The position numbers and the translations under genes are program-made. Shown here piece after piece: positions 1 to 8,637 of a DNA stretch of 24,186 nt (its first letter is position 1; each line of letters opens with the position of its first letter). The notes below the pieces were generated by a model. That model was not told the origin of the DNA. It did not search any database and was given only the letters and a program-made list of their open reading frames with translations. This stretch comes from an uncultured Candidatus Saccharibacteria bacterium. Its GTDB lineage: Bacteria > Patescibacteriota > Minisyncoccia > Phycocordibacterales > Phycocordibacteraceae. The stretch is taken from NCBI GenBank assembly GCA_964482105.1, contig CAYZWA010000001.1:18806-42991 (forward strand). The letters run 5' to 3'.

Positions 1-24
1 GCGGATTCTGGTATGATGGCCGTA

Positions 25-1257
25 ATGGATACGGGCCAGAACGGTTCTGCGGCGCCGCCGGGCGCGGCGCCAGGGCGGGTACGGGTAGCCTTTTTTGTCA
101 CCGCGCTGCGTGCCGCGGGTGGCACGCGGGTTATCGTCGATCTCGCGAACTGGGCGGCCGCGCGCGGATACGCGGTCGATCTCCTGACCATGCGGCCTAC
201 GGGAGAGTACGTCTCGCAGATTGCTCCCGGCGTGCGCCTCGTCTCGCTCTCGCGCCGGCGGATCCTGCTCTCGCTGGTTCCCCTCATGGCGTACCTGCGC
301 CGCGAACGCCCGGCGGCCGTCATGCCGACGGACGAGCTCTCGCAGCTCCTCGCGCTTGGCGCGAAGCTCCTCACGCGCTCGCGCACACGGATCGTCGTGC
401 GCGTCGGGAACATGTTCTCCATCTTGTGGCCGACGTACCGCGGTTGGCGCGACCGGGTGCTCATCCCGGCACTGCTCCGGCGCCTGTATCCGAAGGCGGA
501 CGCGATCATCGCGGTGTCGCAGGGCGTCGCGCATGACCTGCAGGCCTTTTTCTGCCTGCCTGCGGAGAAGGTAACGGTCATCTTCAATCCGAAAGAGCTC
601 GCGTACATCGCCCGTCGCGCGCTCGAGCCGGTGGCGCACCCCTGGCTTGCCGACCAGACGCTGCCCGTCGTCGTCGCGGTGAGCCGGCTGCGCGCGCAGA
701 AGGACCTGCCGACGCTGTTGCGTGCGTTCGCCGAGGCGCGCCGCGAATGTCCCTCCCGGCTTCTCATCCTCGGCAAGGGCAGCGATGCCGACGCGCTCGA
801 GCACCTTGCGCGCGAGCTCGGTATCGCTGACGCGGTCGCGTTTCTCGGCTACGTGGAGAATCCGCACGCCTACACGGCTCGCGCGGACATCTTCGTCTCG
901 ACCTCGCGGTGGGAAGGGATGCCGAATTCGGTCGTCGAGGCGATCGCGTGCGGCGTGCCAGTCGTCGCGACGGATTGCGACTCCGGGCCGCGCGAGATCC
1001 TTGCGCCGGACACAGACCCGCTCCTGCGCCGCCGCGAGGGTGTCGAGTGGGCTGCGTACGGCGTGCTCGCGCCGGTCGGCGGCGTGCGCGAAGTCGCAGA
1101 AGCGCTCACGACGCTGCTGCGTGCGCCCGACCGGCGCGCCGCGTATGCCGCGGCCGCACGCCATCGGGCAGCCGCGTTTGATGCGTGTCGTATCGTTGAC
1201 CGGTATCTCGCGTGCATGGTGCCCCAGGATGAGTCCGGGGGCACGGGAAGACCATGA
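25..1257 (+). CDS. Glycosyltransferase family 4 (GT-B fold)
   Basis: N-terminal FFVTALRAAGGTRV motif and C-terminal GT4 signature SRWEGMPNSVVEAIACGVPVVATDC. The ORF track starts at 13; ATG 25 is preferred because ATG 13/16 overlap a TGnTATGAT extended -10 at 9-17. Confidence 0.9.
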   Translation: MDTGQNGSAAPPGAAPGRVRVAFFVTALRAAGGTRVIVDLANWAAARGYAVDLLTMRPTGEYVSQIAPGVRLVSLSRRRILLSLVPLMAYLRRERPAAVMPTDELSQLLALGAKLLTRSRTRIVVRVGNMFSILWPTYRGWRDRVLIPALLRRLYPKADAIIAVSQGVAHDLQAFFCLPAEKVTVIFNPKELAYIARRALEPVAHPWLADQTLPVVVAVSRLRAQKDLPTLLRAFAEARRECPSRLLILGKGSDADALEHLARELGIADAVAFLGYVENPHAYTARADIFVSTSRWEGMPNSVVEAIACGVPVVATDCDSGPREILAPDTDPLLRRREGVEWAAYGVLAPVGGVREVAEALTTLLRAPDRRAAYAAAARHRAAAFDACRIVDRYLACMVPQDESGGTGRP

Positions 1258-2348
1258 AGCTCCTCTACGCGACGTCAATCACGCTCCCGTCCCGGCACGC
1301 GAACCGGCGGCAGGTGCTCGCCCAGGCGCGGGCGTTCTCCGCCCGTCTTGGCGACGACTTCCTGCTCGGTATCGGCGCGAATCGCGACGGCGCGGATCTC
1401 GGCGTGCCCGCGATCGAACTAGGGGAGGGGGCGAAGAGCCCGGTGCTCGCGTGGCGGTACGCGCGGCTCGTCCGCACGCGCGGTATCACGCACGTCTATG
1501 TACGCGAGGAACGGCTGTTCTTCTTTCTGTACTGGTATCTCCGCCTGCTGCGGCCGCCTGCGCGGCTGTATTTCGAGGCGCACACGCTCGGACACGGGTT
1601 CTTCTTCGCGCACGTCGTGTCGCACGCGGATGGCGTCGTGGCGCTCACGCGCGGGCTCCGAGAAGACCTGCTCGCGCGCGCTCCGAGCGCGCGTGTGCTG
1701 GTCGCGCACGATGCGGTCGACCTCGCACGGTTTGCCGTCACGGCGTCGCGTGCGGAGGCGCGCGCACGGTTCGGGCTCCCGCAGGAGGGCGCCGTTGCCG
1801 CATACGTCGGCCGCTACGCGACCGCTGCGCAGGACAAGGGTGTCGACGGCTTCATCCGTGCGGTCGGGAAAGCGCGCGAAGAGACGCTCCTGCACCTCTT
1901 CATCGTCGGGCTTGCGGAGCGAGAGGTGTCAGCGGTCGAGCGCGTGTGCGAGGCGAGCGGCATCGGCGCGCAGGTGCGCACGCTCGTGCCGTATGTGCCG
2001 CAGGTCGATGTCGCGATCGCCATGCGCGCGGCGGATCTGCTCGTCATGAACTACGGCGACACGCCGCACTTCGCGCGCTACATGTCGCCGATGAAGCTCT
2101 TCGAGTATATGACCGCCGGCGTGCCGATTATCACGACCGACCTGCCGTCGGTACGCGAGGTGCTCTCCGACGACGCGGCGTTCTTCACGGTGCCCGGAGA
2201 CGACACGTCGCTCGCTCAGGTGCTCGTCTATGTCGCGCGGCACCCGGGGGAGGCCGCGCGCCGCGCCGCATCTGCGGCGCGGCGCGTGCAGGGCTGCACC
2301 TGGGACGCGCGGGCGTCTGCCATACTCGACTTCATCGCGCGCGCATGA
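1254..2348 (+). CDS. Glycosyltransferase family 4
   Basis: YVGRY...KGVD and SPMKLFEYMTAGVPIITTDLP GT4 motifs; 4-nt ATGA overlap with the upstream gene. Confidence 0.88.
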   Translation: MKLLYATSITLPSRHANRRQVLAQARAFSARLGDDFLLGIGANRDGADLGVPAIELGEGAKSPVLAWRYARLVRTRGITHVYVREERLFFFLYWYLRLLRPPARLYFEAHTLGHGFFFAHVVSHADGVVALTRGLREDLLARAPSARVLVAHDAVDLARFAVTASRAEARARFGLPQEGAVAAYVGRYATAAQDKGVDGFIRAVGKAREETLLHLFIVGLAEREVSAVERVCEASGIGAQVRTLVPYVPQVDVAIAMRAADLLVMNYGDTPHFARYMSPMKLFEYMTAGVPIITTDLPSVREVLSDDAAFFTVPGDDTSLAQVLVYVARHPGEAARRAASAARRVQGCTWDARASAILDFIARA

Positions 2349-3469
2349 CCATCGTATTCATCACCGATTCCCTTGAGGTGACCAGCGGCTGGGGCCGCTA
2401 CACGGCCGACCTGAAGGGTGCCCTGGAGCGGGCGGGGCACACGGTACGGGTCATCGAGGGGGTCATGCCGCGCGGCTACTTCTCGAACCCCTTTTTCCTG
2501 CTCCACCTCCTCGGCGACGTGTTCCGCATGCGGCGATTGCTGCGCGCGTACCGGCCGGATATCGTGCATGTGACGGCAGAGCCGTACCTGCTCGCGGTAC
2601 CGCTGCTCGCGCTCACGCACACGCCCGTCGTGCTTACCGTGCACGGCACCTACGCGTATCTGCCGGCTGCTGCGCCGCATCTGCTGCAGCCGCTCTACCG
2701 CGCCCTCTTCGCCCGCGCGCTCGCGCATGTGCGCGGCGTGATCGCGGTGAGCGCGTATACCAAGCGCTATTTCTTACAGCAGGCAGAGGCGGCCGGCATC
2801 CCGCTTCCGGCCGCGGTCCGGGTCATCCATAACGGTATCGAGGTCGCTCAGTATCCGTTTGTACGCGCGCCCGCGACACCTGCGACCAAGGTCGTCATCA
2901 CCGTCGGGACGGTCAAGGCGCGCAAGGGGATCGTCGAGGCCGTTCGCGCGCTCGGCGCGTACCAGGCGCGCTCGGCGACGCCGTTCGTGTACCACGTCAT
3001 CGGGCGCAACGCCCCGGCAGCCGACTACGCGCAGCTGCTCCAGGAGGAGATACGCGCCCAGCATCTCGACGGCAAGGTAGTGTTCCTCGGGAAGGTCTCG
3101 GCAGAGCAGCTGGAAGCAGAGTACGCGCGCGCCGACCTCTTCCTGCTCCTGGCGCGCGTGAAGCGAGAGACGCGATTCGAGGGGTTCGGTCTGGTGTGCC
3201 TCGAGGCTAACGCGCACGGCGTGCCGGCGATCGTCTCTGCCGAGGGCGGCTCTGCAGAGGCGATTGCGGACGGGGGGAGCGGGTTCGTGGTCGACCCGGA
3301 CGACCCGATAGCGGTCGCGGGGCGTATCAGCCAGGTGCTCGACGACGAGACGCTCGATCGTCGCGCGGTACGGCAGTGGGCCGAGGCGCACGACATTGCG
3401 CGCGTCGTGCAAGAGGTCATCGCCCTGTATCAGTCGGTCGCCGTGCCCCCAGGCTTGGTGCACGCGTAG
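2345..3469 (+). CDS. Glycosyltransferase family 4 (PimA-like)
   Basis: Real start is MTIVFITDS at ATG 2345 (ATGA overlap with the previous stop). Motifs HGT, VIHNGI, TVGTVKARKG and FEGFGLVCLEANAHGVP. This is the C-terminal 374 aa of the 915-aa ORF in the track. Confidence 0.88.
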   Translation: MTIVFITDSLEVTSGWGRYTADLKGALERAGHTVRVIEGVMPRGYFSNPFFLLHLLGDVFRMRRLLRAYRPDIVHVTAEPYLLAVPLLALTHTPVVLTVHGTYAYLPAAAPHLLQPLYRALFARALAHVRGVIAVSAYTKRYFLQQAEAAGIPLPAAVRVIHNGIEVAQYPFVRAPATPATKVVITVGTVKARKGIVEAVRALGAYQARSATPFVYHVIGRNAPAADYAQLLQEEIRAQHLDGKVVFLGKVSAEQLEAEYARADLFLLLARVKRETRFEGFGLVCLEANAHGVPAIVSAEGGSAEAIADGGSGFVVDPDDPIAVAGRISQVLDDETLDRRAVRQWAEAHDIARVVQEVIALYQSVAVPPGLVHA

Positions 3470-4239
3470 AGCGCCTCGTCCGCGTTGAAGCCCATGCGGC
3501 GGCAATCGCGCAGCGCGCCGATGTCGTGGGCCGGGATCTTCCGCACGGCGAACCCGGCGTCGGCGAGCCGAGCCAGATAGTCGGCCTCCCCGTATATGCG
3601 CACGTGGTCTCTCTGGCCGAATGTCCGTAGGCGTTCTTCCGCCGTGGCCGCCGGATCTTCGATCGTCGCGGTGTCCCGCGAGACCGGTACCTGCAGGATA
3701 GCGATGCCGCCCGGCTTCGTGACGCGGAAAAGTTCGCGCAGCGCGCGTCGGTCGTCGGGCACGTGTTCCAGGACGTGGTTGCAGATGACGAGGTCAAACC
3801 GGTCATCTGCAAGCGACGACAGGTCGGTGATGTCGAGATAATGCGCGCCTTCGTAGCGCTGCGGCGTATAGCGCGCGTCGCCCTCGAACTTGTCTCCGGA
3901 CACGTACTCGACATGCGTAAGCGCGCGCACGCGGCGCGACACACCCTTCTCCGGAGCGACGTGGAGGACACGCGCGGGCGCGCGCGGGTCCAGGATGTCC
4001 GTCCGTGTCTCGAGGAATCGCCACACGAGACGTTCCTTGTCGGACGAGTTGCACCACGGGCAGCGGTAGTGTGCGCGTGCACCCATGCTCACGATACGGT
4101 AGTGATCGATCGTCGCCTGGCCCGGGCCGGGCGGATTCGGCGCGAACGCGCGTGCGTGCCGTTCGCACAGCGGACAATAGTATGCCGTGCCGTATCGGCG
4201 GTACGCGCGTACGAGGCGGTAGCGGAGTCGTCGCAGCAT
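3430..4239 (-). CDS. Class I SAM-dependent methyltransferase with N-terminal CxxC...CxxC
   Basis: CPLC...CPWC, VLHVAPEKG and FDLVICNHVLEHVPDD motifs typical of Methyltransf_11-type enzymes in polysaccharide loci; starts 2 nt after the flippase stop. Confidence 0.85.
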   Translation of the reverse strand: MLRRLRYRLVRAYRRYGTAYYCPLCERHARAFAPNPPGPGQATIDHYRIVSMGARAHYRCPWCNSSDKERLVWRFLETRTDILDPRAPARVLHVAPEKGVSRRVRALTHVEYVSGDKFEGDARYTPQRYEGAHYLDITDLSSLADDRFDLVICNHVLEHVPDDRRALRELFRVTKPGGIAILQVPVSRDTATIEDPAATAEERLRTFGQRDHVRIYGEADYLARLADAGFAVRKIPAHDIGALRDCRRMGFNADEALYACTKPGGTATD

Positions 4240-4241
4240 GG

Positions 4242-5489
4242 CTACATCTTATAGAACAGCACGGTTGCCACGATGCTGTCGACCACGTCGGTGAGAACGA
4301 GCGCGAGTACGGCGCCGAGGAGGCCGAGCGTGGGGATGAGTACCGCCATGAGCGCGATGCGCGTGCCCGGTATGGCGAATTGGTAGATATAGAGCGCCTT
4401 GATCTTCGCCTGTGCGGAGAGCGCGCTCGAGAAGAGGTTGAACGGTTGCATGGCAATAAGCGCTGCGACGAGCTGCGAGTAGGGGACGGCGGCGAGATAC
4501 TGCGGGAAGAACCAAGCGAAGAGGTACGGTGCGAGGAGGACATACGCGACGGCCGCGCCTGCCGCGACGCCGAAGAGCAGGAACACCTTGCGCGGCAGCG
4601 TACGCTTCAAGGTCGCGTCATCGGTTGCCGCGAATTTCGGATACGCGAGCCGGTTCACGGTCTTTATGACGCCGGCGGCGCGGATAGGGATCGTCTGCGC
4701 GAAGATATAGAGAGCGACCGCAGTCGGGCCGAGGAAGTGCCAGAGGAGGATGTCGTCAGCGCTCGATGCGAACGTGCCGACCGCGGACATGACCGTGAGG
4801 TGCTTGCCGTAGGGGATCATGCCCGGGTCGGGCGTGTCGTTCGGCGGGACGTTCCGCAGGGACACCCAGAGCACGATGACGCGTGCGATACCCCAGCTCG
4901 CGAGGTAGCTCGCGAGGATGATGAGCAGGTCGTTCGTGAGGAAGAGGGTGGCGATGACGACCACCGCCGCGAAGCCTTGCGCGCCCGTATCGGCGAGGAA
5001 GCCGAACTTGAAACGCTTCTTGCCTTGCAGGTAGGTGACGTAGATCCCGGGTGCTTCCCAGAAGGGGATGCATATGCCGGCGATGACGAACGCCCAGCCG
5101 AGCAGCGGGTTCGCATGGGCGAGGTAGTATGCGCCGAACGCGATGGCGCCTGCGCCGCCGACGAGCCCCCAGCGGACCTTGGTGCGGAGTCCCGCGAAGA
5201 GGGAGCCGTCCATGCCGCGCGCGACCGAGCGCCCGAGCGCCGTGTCGACGCCGCCGAGGACGAAGATGCCGAAGAGGTCGGCGACGACGAGTACGTACTG
5301 GTAGGTGCCGTACGTCTCTTTGGGGATGAGGTTCGCGAAGGCGAGCGCGGTCGCGAAGGCGATGAGCGCTTGCAGGACGGAGGAGATACCCGCCCAGAAG
5401 CTCCCGGAGGCGAGATAGACCATGTCGGTCCCGGTATACTTCTCGGTCGCGCGCAGGGCGCTCGTCATCCGTTCCTTGAGGTCGGCCAT
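4242..5489 (-). CDS. wzx: Oligosaccharide flippase (Wzx/MOP family)
   Basis: Many TM segments, N-terminal LIPKETYGTYQY motif and SADDILLWHFLGPTAVALY motif. Start taken at MADLKER (ATG 5489); the longer ORF upstream is the antisense shadow of the + strand gene. Confidence 0.85.
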   Translation of the reverse strand: MADLKERMTSALRATEKYTGTDMVYLASGSFWAGISSVLQALIAFATALAFANLIPKETYGTYQYVLVVADLFGIFVLGGVDTALGRSVARGMDGSLFAGLRTKVRWGLVGGAGAIAFGAYYLAHANPLLGWAFVIAGICIPFWEAPGIYVTYLQGKKRFKFGFLADTGAQGFAAVVVIATLFLTNDLLIILASYLASWGIARVIVLWVSLRNVPPNDTPDPGMIPYGKHLTVMSAVGTFASSADDILLWHFLGPTAVALYIFAQTIPIRAAGVIKTVNRLAYPKFAATDDATLKRTLPRKVFLLFGVAAGAAVAYVLLAPYLFAWFFPQYLAAVPYSQLVAALIAMQPFNLFSSALSAQAKIKALYIYQFAIPGTRIALMAVLIPTLGLLGAVLALVLTDVVDSIVATVLFYKM

Positions 5490-5630
5490 ATATAATATAG
5501 GTACCATACAGTATACCGGCAGTCTCGGTATCCCGCAGGGGTTGCTTGAACGGTCATGGGTTCCTATAGTATGTAGAGTATCGGGGTTCGTGGTGTCAGA
5601 TTTATTGCAGAAAGGTAATCCACATCGATT

Positions 5631-6476
5631 ATGTACAAACAGATATATGTCGCAGCGACGTTGCTGCTCGTGGCCGGCGTCGTGCCGGGCGTCGCGAGTG
5701 CCGCCATGCTCGGTGTGCAGGAACAGGCACACGTGGACGCAGAGGTACGAGGCGCAGGTCTCTCTGCCGGGGCGAGCGCTACCGAGGAGGCAGGTGAGAG
5801 CGCGAGCACGTCGCGCGCAGAAGCAGGTGATCAGGTGAGTGCGACCGGTACCCAGGCGCGTATCGAGGCGCAGACCCGCGCTCAGACGCAGATGGAGGCA
5901 CACGCGGTCATGCAAGCACAGGAGCGCATGCAGGCCGAGGCGCATCTCCGGTTCGCGCTTGAGGGCTCCACGACGCCGGCGACGACGCTCGTCGGACTCC
6001 AGCAGTCGATCCAGATGCGCGCACAGGAGCTCAACCAGGAAGAGGCACGTGCTTCGACCTCGGAACAGGCCGTCCTGAAGAATGAGAATCCGGTCCGGCT
6101 CGCGGTCCACGCGCTTCTCGCATCGCGTGATCTCTTGGACGGCATCGGCCCGCAGGTGTCGGTGATCGCGCAGCAGATGAACGCGTCGATCGCGACAACG
6201 TCTGTCGCCGAGGCGCAGATACGGTCGCGCGGTTTCTGGACGCGGCTCCTCTTCGGCGGTGACACGAAGGCAGCGAACGACATCAGTACCGCGGTCGCCC
6301 AGAACCAGGCGCATATAGAGGCGCTCACACAGCTCTTGAACCAGGCGAATCTCTCGACAGATCTCAAGACGACGCTCCATGCGCAGATTACCGCGCTTGG
6401 TGCCGCGCAGGCCAATCTCCAGGCTCTCGCGCAGAATGAGCAACGCGCGTGGGGTCTCTTCAGCTGGCGGTTCTAG
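5631..6476 (+). CDS. Hypothetical exported protein, Ala/Gln-rich coiled coil
   Basis: Signal-peptide-like N-terminus (MYKQIYVAATLLLVAGVVPGVASA), low-complexity A/E/Q region, helical C-terminal half ending WGLFSWRF; transcribed divergently from the flippase. Confidence 0.8.
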   Translation: MYKQIYVAATLLLVAGVVPGVASAAMLGVQEQAHVDAEVRGAGLSAGASATEEAGESASTSRAEAGDQVSATGTQARIEAQTRAQTQMEAHAVMQAQERMQAEAHLRFALEGSTTPATTLVGLQQSIQMRAQELNQEEARASTSEQAVLKNENPVRLAVHALLASRDLLDGIGPQVSVIAQQMNASIATTSVAEAQIRSRGFWTRLLFGGDTKAANDISTAVAQNQAHIEALTQLLNQANLSTDLKTTLHAQITALGAAQANLQALAQNEQRAWGLFSWRF

Positions 6477-6494
6477 GGGACGAGGGTAGTGCAG

Positions 6495-6527
6495 GACGCG
6501 CCCGGCCGCTCCGCGGCCGGGCGCGTC
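6495..6527. terminator. Perfect 15-bp GC-rich inverted repeat with 3-nt loop and no U-tract
   Basis: GACGCGCCCGGCCGC-tcc-GCGGCCGGGCGCGTC, 18 nt after the stop at 6476. Confidence 0.5.
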
Positions 6528-6540
6528 GCGTCTCCCGGCG

Positions 6541-6549
6541 TGCTATAGT
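6541..6549 (+). promoter_or_regulatory. Extended -10 promoter element (TGcTATAGT)
   Basis: TGnTATAnT consensus 9 nt upstream of ATG 6559; the identical 9-mer sits at the same distance upstream of secA. Confidence 0.65.
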
Positions 6550-6558
6550 ATCTCCACC

Positions 6559-8637
6559 ATGACATACACCCAGATGACCAAGGCGGTCGCGCGCTGGATA
6601 GCCCTCGGCGCGCTCTTCCTTGTCCCGCTCGTGCCGCTCATCGTGGTCAACTCGTTCTTCTTCCCGTTCATCACCGGCAAGGCGTTCTTCTTCCGCATCG
6701 TGGTCGAGATCGCCATTGGCGCGTGGGCAGTGCTCGCGTTCCTCGATCGGGAGTACCGCCCGCGCTTCTCCTGGATCGGCGTCGCGGTGCTCGCGTTCAT
6801 CGCGTGGATGTTCGTCGCGGACCTCTTCGCGGTGAATGCCGCGAAAGCCTTCTGGAGCAACTTCGAGCGCATGGAGGGCTGGGTGCTCCTCATCCACCTG
6901 CTCGGATTCTTCGTCGCGGCGAGCGCGGTCTTGCGCGTCGAGAAGAAGTGGCGCGCCTGGTTCCTCGCCTCGCTCGGCGTCGCGGTGGTCGTCTCGGCGC
7001 ACGGTATCCTGCAGCAACTCGGCGCGTTGCCGATCCACCAAGGGTCGACGCGCATCGACTCGTCGTTCGGCAACTCCGCCTACTTTGCCGTCTACCTCCT
7101 GTTCAACACGTTCCTCGCGCTCTGGCTCGCGCTCTCGGAGAAGCGCCAGTGGCTCAAGTGGACGCTCATCGCCTTCGCGGTCGTCGAGGCGTCCCTCATC
7201 TTCTTCACCGAGACACGCGGGACGATACTCGGCCTCCTCATCGCTCTCGGCATCGCGGCGCTCCTTACCCTGTTCACCGCGGGGAAGCGCGCCCGGCAGG
7301 TCGCCGGTTGGGGGCTCGCGCTCCTCCTCCTCGTCTCGGGCGGCTTCTATCTTGCGCGCGGCTCGTCGTTCGTGCAGGACAATCATGTGCTGCAGCGCAT
7401 CGCGTCGATCTCGCTCGCCGACGGGGCGACCCGCTTCACGATCTGGCACATGGCATTCGAGGGTGTCGCGGCGCGCCCGATCACCGGCTGGGGGCAGGAG
7501 GGGTTCAACTACGTCTTCAATACCTACTACGATCCGTCGCTCTACGGGCAGGAACAGTGGTTCGATCGTGCGCATGACGCGTTCATCGACTGGCTCGTCC
7601 AGGGCGGCGTGCCCGCCTTCGTTCTCTATCTCGCCATCTGGGGCAGCGTGCTCTGGTACCTCTGGCGCCGCTCGGAGCTCTCGCGGAGCGAACGCATCCT
7701 GCTCACCGCCGCGCTCGCCGGATACGCCGTCCACAATCTCTTCGTCTTCGACAATCTCTATGCGTACGTCTACTTCTTCGCCATACTCGCGCTCGTCGAC
7801 TCGCAGGTCGCCCGCCCGATCCGCCGGCTCGACACGGCGCCCGAGCCGACCGATGCCGGCGTGACCGCGTCGATCGGCGCCGTCGCGGCCGTCGCGGTCA
7901 TCGCCGCCATCTGGGCGGTGAACATCCCGGGCATGCGCGTCGCGAGCGATCTCATCACCGCCATGACCCCCTCGCCGGGCGGCGTCGCGGAGAACCTGAG
8001 CGAGTTCAAAGCGCTTTCCGCGCACCCGTCCTTCGCGGGCCAGGAGGTGCGCGAGCAGCTGGTGAGCTTCGCCGTCGCGGTGGCGCAGAGCCAGGCCGTC
8101 TCGGATGCGGACAAGAAGGCGGCGCTCGACCTAGCGATCAGCGAGATGCGGAAGCAGGTCGCAGCGTACCCGCTCGACGCGCGCGAACATCTCGAGCTCT
8201 CGTACGCCTATCGTTCGGCCGGTGACGCCACTGATGCGCTCAAGGAGGTGCGCACGGCCATCATGCTCTCGCCGAAGAAGGAAGTCTCGTGGCTCGAAGC
8301 GGGCACGCTCGACCTCGCGCTCGGCAATGTCGCGGCGGCGCAGCAGGACTTCGATACGGCGTACCAGCTCGGGCCCCAGTTCAAGGAGCTCGCGACCTAT
8401 GCCGCGGCGGGCGACATCTTCGCCGCCGACACGGCCAAGGCCGACCAGGTGCTCCAGAACGCGTACGGGACGACGACGGTCGACAGCGACATCCTCGCCG
8501 CTGCGTACTACCAGACGAAGCAATGGGACAAGCTCATCGCGCTCCTGCGGCTTCGCGCGAGCAACCCGTCGCTCAGTGCCGCGGATCGTGCATCAATCCA
8601 GGCGCTTATCACCGAGGTTGAGAAGGAGGCTAAATGA
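6559..8637 (+). CDS. O-antigen ligase / O-oligosaccharyltransferase family (Wzy_C) membrane protein with C-terminal TPR-like region
   Basis: About 12 TM segments; motifs FGNSAYFAVY, TETRGTILG, RFTIWHMA, PITGWGQEGF and DRAHDAFIDWLVQGG; C-terminal helical repeats (ARE...LSYAY...A...P). Confidence 0.85.
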   Translation: MTYTQMTKAVARWIALGALFLVPLVPLIVVNSFFFPFITGKAFFFRIVVEIAIGAWAVLAFLDREYRPRFSWIGVAVLAFIAWMFVADLFAVNAAKAFWSNFERMEGWVLLIHLLGFFVAASAVLRVEKKWRAWFLASLGVAVVVSAHGILQQLGALPIHQGSTRIDSSFGNSAYFAVYLLFNTFLALWLALSEKRQWLKWTLIAFAVVEASLIFFTETRGTILGLLIALGIAALLTLFTAGKRARQVAGWGLALLLLVSGGFYLARGSSFVQDNHVLQRIASISLADGATRFTIWHMAFEGVAARPITGWGQEGFNYVFNTYYDPSLYGQEQWFDRAHDAFIDWLVQGGVPAFVLYLAIWGSVLWYLWRRSELSRSERILLTAALAGYAVHNLFVFDNLYAYVYFFAILALVDSQVARPIRRLDTAPEPTDAGVTASIGAVAAVAVIAAIWAVNIPGMRVASDLITAMTPSPGGVAENLSEFKALSAHPSFAGQEVREQLVSFAVAVAQSQAVSDADKKAALDLAISEMRKQVAAYPLDAREHLELSYAYRSAGDATDALKEVRTAIMLSPKKEVSWLEAGTLDLALGNVAAAQQDFDTAYQLGPQFKELATYAAAGDIFAADTAKADQVLQNAYGTTTVDSDILAAAYYQTKQWDKLIALLRLRASNPSLSAADRASIQALITEVEKEAK

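Noticed and set aside
722-2344. N-terminal 540 aa of the 915-aa ORF (possible giant fusion glycosyltransferase)
   Set aside because: Arg/Ala-rich off-frame read-through of two real GT4 genes; recognisable protein starts only at ATG 2345.
5490-6443. Upstream extension of the 733-aa minus-strand ORF
   Set aside because: Antisense shadow of the + strand exported protein; flippase-like sequence starts at 5489.
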